Origin: an uncultured archaeon
GTDB lineage: Archaea > Thermoproteota > Nitrososphaeria > Nitrososphaerales > Gagatemarchaeaceae
Assembly: GCA_963799775.1 (NCBI GenBank)
Contig: CAWCYD010000003.1
Coordinates: 992,001-1,056,000, forward strand
Direction: 5' to 3'
Length of the DNA: 64,000 nt
Both the position numbers and the translations under genes were made by a program. The notes under the pieces are model-generated. The model was not told the DNA's origin. It worked only from the letters and a program-made list of their open reading frames with translations, and searched no databases. Below are positions 60,485-64,000 of this stretch, piece after piece (the first letter of the stretch is position 1; the number at the start of each line of letters is the position of its first letter).

Positions 60485-61891
60485 CTAGCCGACCGCGCCC
60501 GTCATCTCTAGAGCCATGAGCCTGTTGATCTCGATCGCGTAGGTCATTGGCAGCTCCTTGGTGAAGGGCTCGACGAAACCGTTTACGATCATGCTCAGCG
60601 CGTCCCTCTCGCTTATCCCCCTCGCCATGAGGTAGAAGATCTGCTCCTCGCCCACCTTCCCAACGCTCGCCTCGTGGGTGACCGTGGCGTCGTCTGCCAT
60701 CACCTCGACGTATGGGATCGTGGACGTCTTGGACCTCTCGTCCAAGAGGAGCGCGTCGCACCTGACGGTGGCCTTTACGTTGTGAGCGCCCTTTGCGATG
60801 TGGAGGAGCCCCCGGTAGACCGCCTCTCCTCCGTCCTTTGAGACGGACTTTGATATTATCTTCGAGGAGGTGTCGGAGGCGAGGTGGATTATCTTGCCCC
60901 CCGTGTCCTGTATCTGGTTGGCTCCGGCGTAGGCCATCGACATGATCTCCGCCGAGGCGCCCTTGCCGAGAAGGTAGACCGAGGGGTACTTCATGTTCCT
61001 GCCCGAGCCGACCTCCCCGTTGAGCCAGGTCACGCTGGCGTTCTCGTAGGCGTGCGCCCTCTTCGTAACGAGGTTGTAGACGTTCTTGCTCCAGTTCTGT
61101 ATAGTGATGTACCGGATCTTCGCGCCCTTCATAGCGACGAGCTCGACGATGGCGGCGTGTAGCATTGACTTTTGGTACATCGCCGCGGTGCATCCTTCGA
61201 TGTAGTGGACCTCGCTGTTGGGCTCGGCGACGATGAGCGTCCTCTCGAATTGTCCCATGCCCTGCGCGTTTATCCTAAAGTACGACTGGAGGGGCATCGT
61301 AATCTTGACGCCCTCCGGGATGTAGATGAACGGCCCGTCGCTCCAGACTGCGCTGTTTAGCGCGGCGAACTTGTTGTCGTTCGAGGGGATAATCGTCCCC
61401 ATGTACTTCTTGATGAGCTCGGGGTAGTCCCGGACCGCGTTGCCCACGCTCGTGAAGATGACGCCCTGCGCCTGCAGGTCCTTCTGGAGGCTGTTGTAGA
61501 CCTCCTGGCTCTCGTAGATCGCGCCTACTCCGGCGAGGAACTTCCTCTCCGCCTCGGGGATGCCCAGCTTCTCGAAGGTATTACGGATCTCAACGGGGAC
61601 ATCCTCCCACTTCTTCGCGGTCTCCTTCGCGGGGTGCGCGTAGTAGTAAAAGTCCTGGAACTTTATCGGCGAGAGGTCGACCCCCCATGTCGGGACGGGC
61701 CTCTCGTTGAAGTGCTTCAGCGCCTTAAGCCTGAACTCCTCCATCCAGATGGGCTCGTTCCGCAGCCTCGAAATCTCCTTGACAACGTCCTCGTTGATGC
61801 CCTTATGGCTCTGGTCGAGGTAGCCGGTCGAGTCCGCGAAACCGTACTTTGTCTTGTAATCGTCAGTTACGATGTCTGCGGCGGCTGTCAT
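60485..61891 (-). CDS. sufB: Fe-S cluster assembly protein SufB
   Basis: GQFERTLI, YIEGC, QNWS, HEASVG. Confidence 0.96.
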   Translation of the reverse strand: MTAAADIVTDDYKTKYGFADSTGYLDQSHKGINEDVVKEISRLRNEPIWMEEFRLKALKHFNERPVPTWGVDLSPIKFQDFYYYAHPAKETAKKWEDVPVEIRNTFEKLGIPEAERKFLAGVGAIYESQEVYNSLQKDLQAQGVIFTSVGNAVRDYPELIKKYMGTIIPSNDNKFAALNSAVWSDGPFIYIPEGVKITMPLQSYFRINAQGMGQFERTLIVAEPNSEVHYIEGCTAAMYQKSMLHAAIVELVAMKGAKIRYITIQNWSKNVYNLVTKRAHAYENASVTWLNGEVGSGRNMKYPSVYLLGKGASAEIMSMAYAGANQIQDTGGKIIHLASDTSSKIISKSVSKDGGEAVYRGLLHIAKGAHNVKATVRCDALLLDERSKTSTIPYVEVMADDATVTHEASVGKVGEEQIFYLMARGISERDALSMIVNGFVEPFTKELPMTYAIEINRLMALEMTGAVG

Positions 61892-61983
61892 GTTAGATGG
61901 ATTCTATTACATATGTTATTATAAAAACGATTCGGGGTCATGTTAGGGGCGCTCGAGAGACATCTTCTGGAGCCCAGCCCTGA

Positions 61984-62358
61984 TCAGCTCTCTGGTCGCT
62001 TCAATCTCTTGAGGAACTCGACGAGCTCGATGAAGGTGGGGTTGTTGTCTGCCTTGCGCATCCTCAAAGGAAACGGCTGGCCGCCGATCCTGACCTCGAT
62101 CTCGTCCTTGAACTCCGTCCTGGTGAAGACCACCGCGGCGTAGTGGATCTTCCCGTTCAGGTTCTCTTTCACGATGTCTTCCGTCGGAGCCATGGGATGC
62201 GTGATGAAAGCGATCCCGTCTACCCAGTTGACGCTCGGGACCATGTAGCCTTGGGGGCCGATCGACTGTCGCACCACGTCTTGGAAGAACACGTCCGAAT
62301 CCTGAGGAAGGATCTCGTGGATGGTGAGCTCGTGGTAGGGCACGTAGTTAATCTTCAA
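61984..62358 (-). CDS. Hypothetical protein
   Basis: Clean 124-aa ORF with host-like codon usage (WVDGIAF). Confidence 0.6.
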   Translation of the reverse strand: MKINYVPYHELTIHEILPQDSDVFFQDVVRQSIGPQGYMVPSVNWVDGIAFITHPMAPTEDIVKENLNGKIHYAAVVFTRTEFKDEIEVRIGGQPFPLRMRKADNNPTFIELVEFLKRLKRPES

Positions 62359-62530
62359 TTCTTGGCGGAAGGCGAAGCTGATATTGAATTAAGGTTATCC
62401 CATCACTCATGAGCGACTTTCACGTCATCGTCGAAGCAGCTTAGCTTCGTCAAGCAAAGTAGTCATAGACCTAGAGTTCGCAACGGTTATATGAGCTGAG
62501 CTAGCTGAACTAGCTGGGGCAGCAGACGAG

Positions 62531-62836
62531 ATGTCTCCAGCTGAGCTCGCCGAGTTCCCGTGCAGGTACTGCGGCAAGACTTTCAGCGATGGTAGACGAC
62601 TGGGGGGCCACGTCCGCCAATCCCATCCTGTTATGAAACCGGGCGCGTCACAGAGCGCCCCCAGGCCGTTCTCAGAAGGCGAGTGCGCTGCAAGGGTGCT
62701 AGAGCTTTGGAGGACGGGAGAAGATCCCTTGACTGTAATCGCGACGCTCAGGGTGCACCCGCGCTTCGTCAAGGATGCTGCCCTCAAGGAATACGACGAG
62801 CTAATCACCGAGTGGAAGAAGTTCAAGGAAGCCTGA
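62531..62836 (+). CDS. C2H2 zinc-finger protein
   Basis: FPCRYCGKTFSDGRRLGGHVRQSH. Confidence 0.75.
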   Translation: MSPAELAEFPCRYCGKTFSDGRRLGGHVRQSHPVMKPGASQSAPRPFSEGECAARVLELWRTGEDPLTVIATLRVHPRFVKDAALKEYDELITEWKKFKEA

Positions 62837-62920
62837 CGAGAGCAGACGCGCGCCTCTCTCTGACGGACCTCCCTGGTATCCATGAGATGGTTTATCTCCG
62901 GCGATCAGGGGCCCAAACCA

Positions 62921-63160
62921 ATGGCGGGGGCCAAAGGCAACAGCCGCGCGAGAGCCATCTTCCTGATGCTACTCGGACTCATCCTCATCGGCCTCGGTGC
63001 ATCTCTCTACACCGGCTCGCTCGACTTGGGTAGCCTGACGAAGACCGCCAGCGGCTCGCAGCAGACTGGGAGCCCCTGGGCCTACGTTCCCGTGGGGTTC
63101 GGCGCCTTGATAATTGTTGTCGGGGCGGTGCTCGCGGTGCGCGATCGTCGACGCAGTTAG
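62921..63160 (+). CDS. Small two-TM membrane protein
   Basis: Two hydrophobic helices with basic termini. Confidence 0.6.
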   Translation: MAGAKGNSRARAIFLMLLGLILIGLGASLYTGSLDLGSLTKTASGSQQTGSPWAYVPVGFGALIIVVGAVLAVRDRRRS

Positions 63161-63252
63161 TCGAAGGCGCCCTCAGCGCTGGATATTATCGGAAAAATTA
63201 CCGGGGGAGGGGCGGCGGAACTCGCCGGACCCCTCTTACTTCTGGTGGTTCG

Positions 63253-64000
63253 CTATTCGTTGAGGAGGTATGCCTGGTAGTATGCGTCGCCTGGCTGGTT
63301 GTAGACGCCGGTGTACTGGTCTTGACTCGGGCCGTGGTCGGATTGTCCGTGGCCGCCCGTCGCGCTTCCGATGAAGTTGGTCACGAAGTTCTCAGGTGTG
63401 CCTGCGTTGTCGTTGTTTAGGTATGTGCTGCCCGTGGCTGCGTCGATTGGCTTTACTTCTAGGGCAGTGTAGAAGGCGCTGCTGCCGAAGGTCGAGGTGC
63501 CGAGGGTCGAGTAGACACCCGCGGCCCACTGCCACTGGAGAGTGAACGAGACCGTGGTCCCGCTAAAGACTCCCTCCCAGTCGGCCTTGGCTCCGGCGAG
63601 GCTAACGCTTGTCGGCGCCTGGTAGGCAACTCCGCCAATGAAGACATTGCCCGTGAACCCGACAGGGACTGTGGTTGTCCAGCCTGCGAACGCACAGGGC
63701 GGTGTCGAGGTCTTAGAAGCGGGTGCGCAGTAGGTCGTGGTCGCAGATTTCGCGCTCGAGCTGAAGACTACCTCGGAGTTGGGGGCTGGGATGGTCAGCG
63801 GTATGCCGTTCCCGCCTACGAGTTGCAGGTTTATCGACTGTCCCGTGAAGTAGACTGTGGTTGGTGTCGAGGACTCTCTCGTTGTGATGTCGGCGGAGGC
63901 GCTGAACCAGACGTCGCTGCCGGCGGATATCGGGCCGCCGTTGAGGTCGTTCTCGGTCGCGCAGACGTCCGGGTTGGTGTCGACGTCCGTGCAGGTCGAT
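63253..64000 (-). CDS. 3' part of a Ser/Thr-rich extracellular protein (5' end outside the window)
   Basis: Manual translation of the C-terminal part ...FYTALEVKPID...AGTPENFVTNFIGSATGG...YLLNE-stop. Confidence 0.6.
   Translation of the reverse strand, partial: STCTDVDTNPDVCATENDLNGGPISAGSDVWFSASADITTRESSTPTTVYFTGQSINLQLVGGNGIPLTIPAPNSEVVFSSSAKSATTTYCAPASKTSTPPCAFAGWTTTVPVGFTGNVFIGGVAYQAPTSVSLAGAKADWEGVFSGTTVSFTLQWQWAAGVYSTLGTSTFGSSAFYTALEVKPIDAATGSTYLNNDNAGTPENFVTNFIGSATGGHGQSDHGPSQDQYTGVYNQPGDAYYQAYLLNE

Noticed and set aside
1-64000. CRISPR array, rRNA, integrase or att site at the tRNA
   Set aside because: No repeat-spacer array, rRNA-like sequence, recombinase gene or duplicated tRNA 3' end was seen by eye

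Overview
This is an archaeal chromosome segment of high GC content. It is most consistent with a non-ammonia-oxidising Nitrososphaerota/TACK lineage, inferred from the aIF5B P-loop GHVDSGK, the absence of L14e/L34e from the secY-cbf5 region, and overall gene content. Most of it is core machinery: the spc/S10 and alpha ribosomal clusters, the mevalonate/gltX cluster, secY, sdhACDB, suf, purA, glmS, dys, a liv-type ABC transporter and tRNA-Ser(GGA). The selfish or derived elements are a LAGLIDADG intein in aIF5B, a free-standing double-LAGLIDADG endonuclease gene and an orphan TnpB. The strongest candidate for an undescribed system is a catalytically dead IS6-like HTH-transposase transcribed divergently from a canonical ftsZ, across an AT-rich spacer carrying four TAAGTTA boxes. 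About 17 genes, many essential, carry frameshifts. Many of these breaks, and several odd substitutions, sit at GGWCC sites, which suggests long-read basecalling errors at a methylated motif rather than real pseudogenes. All annotation is by motif recognition only; no searches were run.
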